NCBI GenBank assembly: GCA_965644495.1
Contig: CBFFSA010000008.1
Location: 434,001 to 498,000 of the forward strand
Length of the DNA: 64,000 nt
Source: Perkinsela sp. CCAP 1560/9
Lineage: Eukaryota > Protista > Euglenozoa: Kinetoplastea
Direction of reading: 5' to 3'
A program made the position numbers and the translations under genes. Within the stretch, counting starts at the first letter, position 1. Every line of letters starts with the position of its first letter. The notes under the pieces were generated by a model that was not told the DNA's origin, ran no database searches, and saw only the letters and a program-made list of their open reading frames with translations. This document shows, piece by piece, positions 1-10,127 of this stretch.

Positions 1-1058
1 GCAAGTTTTTGTATCTGTCTCAGTGTAGAAGACAGAGAAGGGGGCGTGTACAATACATGTAATTGGAGTTCGTGCAACCGTATACAGACGTTCGGGAGGA
101 CACATTCGCTTTCTTTGCGAGCAGCGTCGTTCGATGTAAAATTTAATGCATCTAGAGGAGTTTCCTGTTGAAAGTTCGAAAAAGCGCCTATTCCGCATTC
201 TACAACTACGTTGTAAAGTGGACAACGCGGTTTCTTCGTAGTGTTTTTCCAATTGCACGCATAAGCTGCTTGCAATGCCCGGCTTCCCCCTACCCGAATC
301 AGTGAAGTTGTATCCAAGTGATAGCTCATTTGGCTGAAAGTGCTGTATTCAAGATTTGTGTAGATTTCCGAAGCGAGCTTGTGGTTTTTTGCGGGAGTTC
401 GTATGTAGCCGACAGTCACAAGACTTTTTTGTTTTCTGTTCCGGACAGCTAAAAACCAGCGATACATTTTACACGGTGAGTACGTTGTGCATCCTTCGTC
501 GGGACAGATGGCAACAACGGTTAGGCACAACAGCACATAATTTCCCCACTGAGATTCGCGACCAAGAAACTGTTTACCGGGATGCATAAGAGTCCGAAGT
601 ACTGGAATGGCAAACAGTTGGAGTATTCTACCAAATTGCGCGCTCCTGGTACAATTTACATCCGCAGAATCCAATGTATTGAGTCTATGCTCGTTGTCTA
701 TAGTATAAATTATCCTATCAAACGCGCTACATCGCATCAGATTCGGATAATATTCAGCTAATGAATTCTGTATGCGAAGCCGAAGAATAATTTCGTATCC
801 TTCCGTCTTCCTTTCATAGTCTTCTGGAAAAATCTCCTGAATATTTCTGGGATCTGTAGGAGGCACGATTTGCTCTGTGAGCAAAGCATCAATGTAGATA
901 CAATAACTATCCCGCAGTGCACGCCAATCCGGAGAGGTGTACGAACTAATACGAATTATGTCTAGGACGCCTCCGTTCGGTGTGTTTAGCAAAGCGCATA
1001 TGTATGCAGTAGTTTGACGAATATTTTCCGCTTCGACCAAAAAATGCGATCGAGACAT
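1..1058 (-). CDS. Hypothetical protein, partial (>350 aa, runs off the window start; absent from ORF track)
   Basis: ATG at 1058 (MSRSHFLVEAENIRQTTAYICALLNTPNGGVL...); manual scan found no in-frame stop down to position 1; same strand as all neighbours. Confidence 0.7.
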   Translation of the reverse strand, partial: MSRSHFLVEAENIRQTTAYICALLNTPNGGVLDIIRISSYTSPDWRALRDSYCIYIDALLTEQIVPPTDPRNIQEIFPEDYERKTEGYEIILRLRIQNSLAEYYPNLMRCSAFDRIIYTIDNEHRLNTLDSADVNCTRSAQFGRILQLFAIPVLRTLMHPGKQFLGRESQWGNYVLLCLTVVAICPDEGCTTYSPCKMYRWFLAVRNRKQKSLVTVGYIRTPAKNHKLASEIYTNLEYSTFSQMSYHLDTTSLIRVGGSRALQAAYACNWKNTTKKPRCPLYNVVVECGIGAFSNFQQETPLDALNFTSNDAARKESECVLPNVCIRLHELQLHVLYTPPSLSSTLRQIQKL

Positions 1059-1653
1059 TTCTCAGTAATCGTTACCTCTTTAATCAGAGAGCGCTAGTGA
1101 GCTTTGCGTCTTAAGCCAATGTTGCGTCACAAATCATCCGAGGATAAACGGTGTCACGTAAAAAAATTCATTAAAAAAATATCCATTATTCATTCAAAAA
1201 AATATCCATTATGATCTACAAAGCATGTTTATGTGAAATTTCTATGCGAAACACCAGCACAATACATAAAAATGATGCGACTAAAGTAATGTAGTAATGC
1301 CATGAAGTATTTCTGAGAAATACAAGAAATTTTATTCCGAGAAAGATCTTCCCGGACGAAATGTTCAACGGTTTTTAAAACTACTGACATTTAGAGCTAC
1401 TGTATATCGCCTATTCCTCTAAAGCACCATATACATGATGCACATGTTCGCAAAAAAGAGAATTTTGTACAAAACAAAGAGTAACAAATTCTTCATAAAG
1501 CAGCAACGCCCAATTATCGCCGTTGGCTTGCTAATCAATCTAAAGCAACAATGATTTTGGTGTCCCCTTTTTCTGTAACAATCTTTTCTGTAGCAAATAC
1601 GTCGCCCACGTATTACACAACCATGCAAGAGCCCAATAATTAAGCAAGTACTC

Positions 1654-2796
1654 TTACTCAACAGGTGAAGATCGGGGCTCAAGAGGGGGGGACCATGCAG
1701 GTGTCCGCCGATTCATAATTTGGCTTTCACCAGGGCTGTTGCTCCCAGGCGTGGTCATACCTCCTCGCGTTATTACGCCAGTCAAATGTCCTTCAAGAGT
1801 CGACGTAACAAACTGAAAAGCCTCTTCTACACTGTCCGTAAAGCAAATGTCGTCAATGTCGTCCTGTGAAATGGTTCCAAGATCTGCAAGCGCTTGCCAA
1901 TTCAACACTGTCTTCCAGTAGGACGCCCCAAAAAGAACAATGGGCATTCTCTTTACCTTCCCTGTCTGCTTTAACGTTAGCATTTCGAAGAGCTCATCAA
2001 AAGTGCCAAAACCTCCAGGAGCAATCACTAACGCTTTCGCACAGTACATCATCCAGAATTTCCGGGTGAAGAAATAGTGAAACTCAAATGCGAGGGAGGG
2101 GCTCACATGGTGGTTGATCCCTTTCTCAAACGTCAACGAAATCGCCATCCCCATGCTTTGAGCCCCGGGTACTTGACGTGCCCCTCGGTTTGCGGCCTCC
2201 ATGAACCCCGGACCTCCACCTGTACAGATCAGCAATGGCTGGGCCACGGCATCCTCGGTGGCGTAATCCCGGGCGTACATCGGGGGATTTTGTTCCAGCT
2301 TCCGGCGTAGCGTTTCATTGTTCGTGGCCCACTCCGTGAGTCGGCGCGCGAGTTCCTGAACGCCGCCGTAGAGCTGCCCCATCCACCGTGTGCGCTGCAA
2401 CTTGCGGAGCTCACCCTGCAGCTTTGTCTTCTCCTCCCCGTCGACGGCGTCAATCTTCGCGATGAGATCGTTCTCCGTACGGGCATAGTCCTCCGGGCTC
2501 ATGGCACGTGCGGAACCAAAAAACAGAATTGTTCCCATGACACCGCTCTGACTTAACCGCTGGGCGGGTTCCTCGAACTCGCACATAATTCGAATTTGTC
2601 GTGCCGCGTGGGACTCCATAAAGGAGTCGTTACGGTAGGCCTTTATGGTAGATACCATTCGCTGGGAAGTGGTTTCACTCATGATGTACGGCGCATCTGC
2701 GTCACCAGAACGTGCAATAGTGCTCGTGGTCCTTTCCTCGAGCCCGGTGGCTTCCAATGTGGGAATTAGCAACTCGTCTAGAATGGAATTGCTCAT
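1654..2796 (-). CDS. LOG-family phosphoribohydrolase (lysine decarboxylase-like, type II)
   Basis: FFGSAR, TGGGPGFMEAANRGA, FHYFFTRK and PGGFGTFDE motifs. Confidence 0.9.
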   Translation of the reverse strand: MSNSILDELLIPTLEATGLEERTTSTIARSGDADAPYIMSETTSQRMVSTIKAYRNDSFMESHAARQIRIMCEFEEPAQRLSQSGVMGTILFFGSARAMSPEDYARTENDLIAKIDAVDGEEKTKLQGELRKLQRTRWMGQLYGGVQELARRLTEWATNNETLRRKLEQNPPMYARDYATEDAVAQPLLICTGGGPGFMEAANRGARQVPGAQSMGMAISLTFEKGINHHVSPSLAFEFHYFFTRKFWMMYCAKALVIAPGGFGTFDELFEMLTLKQTGKVKRMPIVLFGASYWKTVLNWQALADLGTISQDDIDDICFTDSVEEAFQFVTSTLEGHLTGVITRGGMTTPGSNSPGESQIMNRRTPAWSPPLEPRSSPVE

Positions 2797-2996
2797 CTCG
2801 TGAGAGAACGTTTAAGAAATACTGAAAAGGTTGACTTCCTTTTACGTCAATAACAAAAATGGCTCTGACCTGTAATAAAGCATACACTTTATTACAATAA
2901 TTTATTATGCCTTATACTTAGAGAATATAAATAAAACGTAATTTAGTATTGCAAATTGGAAATGTACACTACATTTATGTATGTATGCTCGACTCC

Positions 2997-4046
2997 CTAG
3001 GATTTGAAGTAGGGGTCTGACATTTGCTTTTCAATTCGGTAGCACATCAAAAGATTACGAATATCCTGTAGTATGGAATGCAAGTTATCAAGACGCTGAT
3101 GTAAAATACTCGCATCGTGGAATACAGTTCCAAGCCATCGTACAGAATCAGTGGCCAAATTTTTATGCTCTACCTTCCAAAAATCATAACTAGATTGTAT
3201 TGATTTAACAAGCTCGTTGTGCTTTTCCAACTGCGTATATATTCGATCGTATAAGTTGTACAGAGCTTCGAACCTACTTTTGACCGTCTCATATTCGGAT
3301 TCTGAATTCAGAGCAATAGGCATATCAAGAAGGGAATATTTTGTACTGCATGAATCTGGAGAACTTACATCCTCCGTGAAGGGAAACGTCTCCGGAAGAA
3401 TTTGTAAGGTAAGTTCATGTGATCCATATTTGTCGAGATAATTCTCTGTCGGACGTTCCAGACCCTTTGATTTGCACCACTTCGCTAAATCTTCACATGG
3501 ATCAAGCAGATAGTTCCCCTTCCGATTCCTTTCTTCGATCTGTATGTTGTTAGTACATGATTGCTCTTGTTTCATGCTTTGTGCTTGTCTGTTTATGTCG
3601 TTTTCGACAGAATCGCTGATAGTTTCATGTATGCTTGCCACTGGTTTGCCTTCCACGCGGTCTATGACGGCTTGAAGAAAAACACTATCTGCATCGGATT
3701 CGTTGTGGTGATGCACTTTGTAAGAGCTTTGCTGCGTATCACGGCTCTGGACTGGGCGTGAAAGCAGATTTAGAGAAGGTATGTCACTAAGCCACTGTGG
3801 ATAGTTTGTACATTCTTTTGGGGAATGGTCCACCTGTGTAAAAAGGCGGATTTCCGGGTTCCAGGATTTCGATGAAAGATTTTCGAACGACGATACTTGT
3901 TCTACTTCGCCCCGATTACCGACATCAGTGTCACATACTATTATCTGGTACAAGTTTTGTCCGTTCTTTCTTTGCTTCAGGTCAGTAGAAAGCGCTTCGG
4001 AAATACTAGAGATGGGGTCTAATATTACCGAACCTAAGTTGTACAT
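2997..4046 (-). CDS. Hypothetical protein with possible C-terminal Occludin/ELL domain
   Basis: 349 aa; C-terminus EYETVKSRFEALYNLYDRIYTQL...RLDNLHSILQDIRNLLMCY follows the Occludin_ELL helical pattern. Confidence 0.5.
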   Translation of the reverse strand: MYNLGSVILDPISSISEALSTDLKQRKNGQNLYQIIVCDTDVGNRGEVEQVSSFENLSSKSWNPEIRLFTQVDHSPKECTNYPQWLSDIPSLNLLSRPVQSRDTQQSSYKVHHHNESDADSVFLQAVIDRVEGKPVASIHETISDSVENDINRQAQSMKQEQSCTNNIQIEERNRKGNYLLDPCEDLAKWCKSKGLERPTENYLDKYGSHELTLQILPETFPFTEDVSSPDSCSTKYSLLDMPIALNSESEYETVKSRFEALYNLYDRIYTQLEKHNELVKSIQSSYDFWKVEHKNLATDSVRWLGTVFHDASILHQRLDNLHSILQDIRNLLMCYRIEKQMSDPYFKS

Positions 4047-4462
4047 TTTAGCTAGTGCAAAAAAGCAATAGAGTTGAGTCCTACAACTTGTACATTAGGC
4101 TCATTGTTTTAGCACACGCATTAGTCGAAAAGTTGACTTTTGGTTTCTAAGAAAAGGTTCTATGGAGTAAGCTCATTACTGTTAAGATACTATGGGACTT
4201 ACTCATAATAATCCTGTACGACTTAATTAATTTCTCATTTTCGCTATTAACAATATGTATGGCTGACCATATGATAATTACATGGTTGAAACTCATAGAA
4301 TACAATGCAAATAAAAGGTTTCAATAACAGAAATGCGTACGTGTAAACATTTTTTTCGTTTTGGCTACGAAATGTGATACCATTATGTAGCGTATGCAAC
4401 ATATGGGTTTATTACAATACATACCATACATATCTGTTGGGTAAAAAATATATTTATGACAC

Positions 4463-4819
4463 TCATGGAAAAATATTTCGACTGATTGCCACGTCATATA
4501 ATGAATCATCGACTTCATCATTCCACTCGGTAGCAATGGAATCAAGACACTCTTGCAACTTCATTTCTGCTCTTTTTTCTTGCATGTAGTGCAAAAAAGG
4601 AACTTTTGACATGGTATTGCTAGGGCGCATCCAATCCATCACAAGCAACGGAAAAAATGTGTAATATTGCCAGTACCAGTGCATCATTTGCGAAGGAAGC
4701 AACCATGTACTAATTGCGTCCATGTGTCGATGTGGTGTTTGGTAAAGGTTTAATGACTTGGAATGCAGAGGCGTCCTACGCAACCCAATGCGACACATAG
4801 CAGGAAATCGGCGTTGCAT
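4463..4819 (-). CDS. Small hypothetical protein, possibly mitochondrial
   Basis: 118 aa ATG ORF on the cluster strand with an Arg-rich N-terminus and an aromatic hydrophobic core. Confidence 0.45.
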   Translation of the reverse strand: MQRRFPAMCRIGLRRTPLHSKSLNLYQTPHRHMDAISTWLLPSQMMHWYWQYYTFFPLLVMDWMRPSNTMSKVPFLHYMQEKRAEMKLQECLDSIATEWNDEVDDSLYDVAISRNIFP

Positions 4820-4950
4820 TATGAGTTAAAAGATAGGAAAATCTCTGATCACGTTTTCTTATAGATACTTCTTATAAATTTAATACAATGCATACAATGT
4901 ATAATTTAACATCTTATGAATAAAGACAGACTAAAGAACTTAACTAAATA

Positions 4951-5036
4951 CCGTTAGTACCACTTGACTTTGCTGGAAGAACACCGAAAAATCTGGTATT
5001 TGTGCAATGTGAGGGGATGTGCAAAATGAAGAGGGT
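4951..5036. mobile_element. Diverged solo terminus of the CCGTTAGTACC MITE family
   Basis: TA|CCGTTAGTACCACTTGACTTTGC... aligns over about 85 bp with the reverse complement of 15238-15326. Confidence 0.7.
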
Positions 5037-5372
5037 CACTATTAAAGGGGGGTTACAGTATTTACAGGTAAAATATAAATAATAAATACAATGTGGGGGG
5101 CTGCGGGGAGGCTAAAATGAGATCACGCGAGGTCACGGATGTTCAAATCCACTGCACCACCCCATTGTCGACTCCAGCACACAGCTTTTTTCACCATAGT
5201 CGATCGTCATTCCTTCTTTCTGCTCGTCACCATAGTCGAACATCGTCCCTTTTTCCTTTCAACATAAAAATTTACCCAGAGTATTTAAAGAAAGCATAGT
5301 GCAAGTGTAAGATTTGAGTAAGAAATTTTATTAGACAAGAATTTATTCACCTTTACAAAATGCTCAAATTTA

Positions 5373-6491
5373 TTGTCATTAAATTTCCAACACTAACAGA
5401 CTAACTTTACCAGCTTTCTCACGTACATTTGCTTACTTAGCGTCTTTTACTTACGCAGTTCATTCACAAAATCCAATGGAGAACGATATTTTAATTATTT
5501 CCGAGGACGACTGTTCGATTCCAATGCTGTTTTGTTAAATTCACTTTGGTTCAAATTCTCAAAAGATTCGGTTTTCGGATGGAATTGTCGGATCAAACCG
5601 TTTGCATGTTCCACAGACCCTTTCTCCCACGAATGGTACGAAGCGCAAAAGAAAGACTTGCATTTTAATTCTTTGATTACTTCATCATGGTGCCAGAATT
5701 CTGTTCCGTTGTCGTATGTGATCGTCCGAACCTTGTAATTCTTTAACCCGTCTACAATTTGTTTGCTTACCCCCTTCGCGCGCTTAGATTCCAACTTCAG
5801 AAGAACAAGGAAGCGGCTTTTACGCTCGCACAGGGTAAGAATATATCCGATATGTCCTCGGCCGTCGACCAAGTCTGCTTCCCAATCGCCGTAGCGCCGA
5901 CGCTTATTGACTACTTCTGGTCGATTTTCAAGTGGCGTTCGGTTGGGAATCGCGCTGCGATCAGGTCTGGTGCGACGACGGTATGGCCTCTTTCGCCGGA
6001 TCCGCAAATGGGTGTACAACTTGCCGCCCAAGGACGCGTTGCGACGAATGTGGCGATATATGGTGGAAGTCGAGGCGGTACGACAGCTCCGGATCGTATT
6101 TGCATTCTGTTCCGGGCTGTGCTTCTTTTGAAGTCGAGAGCTGAGTTCCTCTTCCAAAAGGTTTTGTATCTTGTGAGGCTTGACTCTTTTACACAAGAGG
6201 CGTATGTGCCCTCATCCCCTCATAGCACTGACCCCTTCTTGCATTACGCGCCAACTCGCGACAAACAGTGCTGTGACTTTTGCCAATTATGCGAGCTATG
6301 CTTCGCCGACTCTCGCCAGATGCGAAGAGTGCATGAATACGATTACGATCGTAAAGACTAAGTCTTGAATAATGGCGGATTTGTAGTGTAGATCCGAAGG
6401 ATATTATAAAATAATACTTCTTTAAATAATTGATGGTGCATTGGATATGAGAATACAGTTTTTAAGAAAAGTGGTGCACTGGAAATGACAA
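5373..6491 (-). mobile_element. IS30-family insertion sequence, decayed
   Basis: About 1.12 kb; imperfect inverted ends TTGTCATTaaattTcCAaCACT (5373) and AGTGgTGcActggaAATGACAA (6491) bracket an IS30 transposase. Confidence 0.7.
5447..6380 (-). pseudogene. IS30-family DDE transposase pseudogene
   Basis: N-terminal HTH YSRLSLYDRNRI...SIARIIGKSHSTVCRELARN, then GDWEADLV, LCERKSR, TITYDNGTEF, SWEKGSVEHANGLIRQF and NSRPRK. ATC stands in place of the start at 6380, a frameshift lies near 6200, and a premature TAA at 5495 precedes LKYRSPLDF. Confidence 0.92.
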
Positions 6492-7097
6492 GAAAAATAT
6501 TTTTTGGGAAAAAACAGTACCCACAGCCCCTTTTGAGGGAAGTATCAAAAATTCGAAAAAGAACTTGATTTTTTAACACGCAAACATTTGTGGGTTTTAG
6601 AAAAAACTGATTATTTTTGTGAATTTAGTGACTGAATTTAGCTCGACATTACTACAGCACTATGCCCCAGAAGAGGGCTTTTTCTGACAACGAAAGGTGC
6701 AGAAACGAATTAGATTAATTTATGCACCTCATGGGCAACTGAGATCCTCTCGTAGGATACTTTTGGTAAAAAATAATTAACTTAATTATTTTTCCGATGG
6801 TTCCTCATCATCAGCAGTTATAATCCCTCATCAGCAGTTCTCAAGCAGCAGTTTTTCCTCTTTAAGTTATCCCCATCCCTCTCTAAAAGCAGAGCTCCGA
6901 GCGTCGACCGTGAAAATACTCGCAAAAGTCCTCTATACTGTACTATGCCCATGCAAAATAGGTTGTCTCGTCTGTTTCGATCAAAAGTAACGATTTGTTT
7001 TGTCAAATAGGAGTGCCGCAATACCTGAGAAAAAAAATCCTTCCATTCCAAAAAAGTAGTATCTCATAGTACGTACTATATTACGTACTAGTCGATT

Positions 7098-7129
7098 ACT
7101 AGTATTTTAGTACGTACTAAAATACTAGT
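7098..7129. repeat. 32-bp perfect palindrome
   Basis: ACTAGTATTTTAGTAC|GTACTAAAATACTAGT. Confidence 0.95.
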
Positions 7130-8118
7130 TAGACTATGATTAAGGAAACGGATTCTTTTCCTGCAGACGCCAAGGCGTTTGGGTGTCACGAGGACACTGC
7201 CAAGCGTTGGGTATGCGTGAACGGTTAGACTGAAGTAAATTTGAACCTTACTTACTTCGCCTCCCCCCTTACTTCACCACAGTTAGTCACTGGACGTGTG
7301 GTGAAGTAAGGGGGGTGTCAGATTTTTCTCCAGGCAACTTACCACCTCTTTACACAGCCGGAGGGGTGCACTGCAACCGACCGTTGCATCGTTGTAAGGC
7401 GAGGCAGAGCCACGCCCAGTGGTCTTCAAGGGGGGACACAGATGGCACACAAAGATCGATGCACAAAGGTTTGTGGTGCAACTTTCTTGGTGACGACGCC
7501 GTCATACCGGGATTTTAAACCACAGTCCGGTTTAACGTTCCGGGGGGAACGTTAACGGCTACAGGAAGGCTACGTAGCTGCAGGAATGATGACTTTTGAA
7601 GATTATCATGGGTTCACCGTACGATTCGTCGACACAACGGGTTAGTAGCAGCACGTTGATGCCGTCTTGTACTAACGAAAACAGGTAGAGGACGTCGGCC
7701 TCGAATCTTCCAAATCTAGCTGTGAAGAGTCTGGCTTGCCAGTGACCGATCGGAGCAATCCGATCGTATAATGACATACAGTATATATATTTATTTAATA
7801 CTGTCAAATCCGAAATGTTTTAGATTCGTTGAACCATTTCTAATTCAGAATGGTTTTCTTCCAAGTCAGTTTCATCATCGCTTTGATCATAAAGTTGCGC
7901 CACAGCGTCTTGTAGTTCTAAAATTTAAATTGGTTCAATGCGTTATGTTCTGCGACATCATTCAAAATTTTACGATGTAAGAAATTTTCATGGGGGGAAT
8001 GTTAAATTCATTAAATTTGTTTATTAAATTGGATATGTATCGTGTTTTGCTCATTGATTTTAGAAGGTACAGCTTTATTTTCCAAAGCTTTCATTTGCTT
8101 GTCTACGGTTTTTACTAC

Positions 8119-8530
8119 ATGAGCAAATCTGAAGAAAGCAATACCCATAAAAAGGCTACGTGGCCCTCAACACAATTTATTAAAAGCAAAGAAAGTCAAA
8201 AATACGGAACTTGAACTTAAAAAGGCAGAAAGGGAGTTGGAGTCCGAGTTCACGGATCTCGACCCCTTTTCGATCACCGTGAAAACTATTTCTGTGGAAG
8301 TGAGCAAGGAAAGTTTTCGAACGTTTTTTTCGTCCTTCGGAACGATAGTCAAAATGACCCTCCTGTCTAACAAACATCTCACCTTTGTTTCTTATGAAAC
8401 AATTGAACAGGCGAAACGTGCTGAACACGCATACCGATGCATGCAAGTGCATCTTAAAGCAAAAAGCGGAAAGAACGGGATTAAGATTGGTAAGGTGTCA
8501 AGGGTTCGAAAGAAGTTTTTTAATGGATAA
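8119..8530 (+). pseudogene. RRM-domain ORF antisense to the gene cluster, frameshifted just after ATG
   Basis: ITVKTISVEVSKESFRTFFSSFGTIVKMTLLSNKHLTFVSYETIEQAKRA fits the RRM pattern; the frame is open from 8123 and the ATG at 8119 is one base out of frame. Confidence 0.6.
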
Positions 8531-9053
8531 ATTTTACTATTTTTCTGGGTTTTTTTCGTGCATATTTCCTTATTTTTTCATCCACTTTTTCCATCTTACT
8601 CTTTTTCTTATTAAACGCATACAAATTTTTGTAGCACGTCACATCGATTGTAGTCATTTAGTATAGGGGTGAGAAAGTAAGAGCATGACCCTACATGTGT
8701 TTCTTTTAGTATATTATAAAAGTGTTGTTAAAAACCTCTTGTTAAACCTCTTGTTTTCAGTGCAAAGCGCACTGCAGTTTATTGGCCTACAGAACGTTTC
8801 TTATTTTATTGGATTTCTACACCTTGTTTAAAAATGATATTATTCCCTATTGAGCGCTTTCTGATGAATTGGTCTGAACTGGGCCGAGTCAACAAATGGA
8901 AATACTAGAAAACACCATTAGGTGCCAGTAACCCCTACCGAGCTACAACGTCAGCTACCTACAACGTCAGCTTCGCAAAGAGGTCTTGTGTGTTCTCTAC
9001 TCAACAAGCGGTTATTTTTGGTCCTCTCGCTTTTCCGCTTTCACTTCCAATTC

Positions 9054-9160
9054 TCTTTTTTAGGCTCTTCGTTAAACGCGGAGGTAGGTTTCAACGCGAA
9101 GCGAGCAGTGACTTCTAAGTTAAAAACAACCACCGCGTTTAACGAACAGCCTAAAAAAGA
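9054..9160. mobile_element. Short hairpin/MITE-like element, copy 1
   Basis: Inverted arms TCTTTTTTAGGCTCTTCGTTAAACGCGG...CCGCGTTTAACGAACAGCCTAAAAAAGA; second copy at 35669-35781 and a third split copy at 9887-12448. Confidence 0.8.
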
Positions 9161-9944
9161 TACAAAACATAATATGATACAAAACTTACACATGGAAAAG
9201 AAAAATGTTTAGTTGTGCTTAATGATGCTTAATTTATTCGGAGCTAAGTCCAGGGTATGTCGTTTTAGGAAAGAAAATTATTTTTTAATGCAAGGGTGGC
9301 GCTTGTGCAAGGCTGTCGTGATCGTGAAGCTTAATTTGTTTGTTTATAAATTTATCCACTATTTTGCATCGCTATTGATGTTTGTACTGAATTATTGCTT
9401 GAGCATAAGAAATTAGAAGACTATTTCAGCCTACACACATTCAAAAAACCCACACAACCATGAAAATATGGAATTTTCACCATGAAAATATGGAATTGGA
9501 ACCATGAAAAAATGGTTCTGTGCACAAAAGACGTCCGAAAAAATCGTACTTTTTGGGCCATGCGGCACCAGGGGGTCTCTATGAAAAAAAGGCGACAAAG
9601 CGCTTCGCTACGGGAACGAGATCTCTTCAACGCTGCGAAAATGAGCGAACACGGATAAGAAAATTAAAATTTCCCAGGAAGGGAACATCAACATCCGCCC
9701 CTGTATGAATACTTGGAAGTGTGTTCGTATATTTCGTATACTGTGCCCCCCCCCCCCCACTTATAGTGCCGCGGGGTACCCCCCCACTTATAGTGCCGTT
9801 TGAAAAAAAATGTCCGAAAAAAAATGACTAATTTTTTTTGACCAAAAAGGACAGTAAACATGGTGGAAATTTCTAATATTGAGAGCTTCGTTAAACGTGG
9901 TGGTTGTTTTCAACTCATGGAAGTCACTCATGCTGCGCGGGGGA

Positions 9945-10098
9945 AAGTCAAGGAATATTGCATAAGTCAAGGAATATTGCATAAGTCAAGGAGTATTGCA
10001 AAAGTCAAGGAATATTGCATAAGTCAAGGAATATTGCATAAGTCAAGGAATATTGCATAAGTCAAGGAATATTGCATAAGTCAAGGAATATTGTATAA
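9945..10098. repeat. 19-bp tandem repeat x8 forming the left Merlin TIR
   Basis: (AAGTCAAGGAATATTGCAT)8; about 4 inverted copies at 12325-12400. Confidence 0.95.
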
Positions 10099-10127
10099 GC
10101 CGTAATTTGTGTTGTTTCTTTTTTTCA

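Noticed and set aside
1166-1213. Short tandem duplications (also about 6803-6851, 8941-8972 and 22603-22633)
   Set aside because: Ordinary slippage duplications with no further structure
7055-7130. Polinton AGTAGT terminus or CRESS virus origin
   Set aside because: No matching opposite terminus and no polB, integrase, capsid or Rep ORF
9945-10098. 19-bp repeat array as a CRISPR
   Set aside because: There are no spacers and no cas genes; it is part of the Merlin TIR
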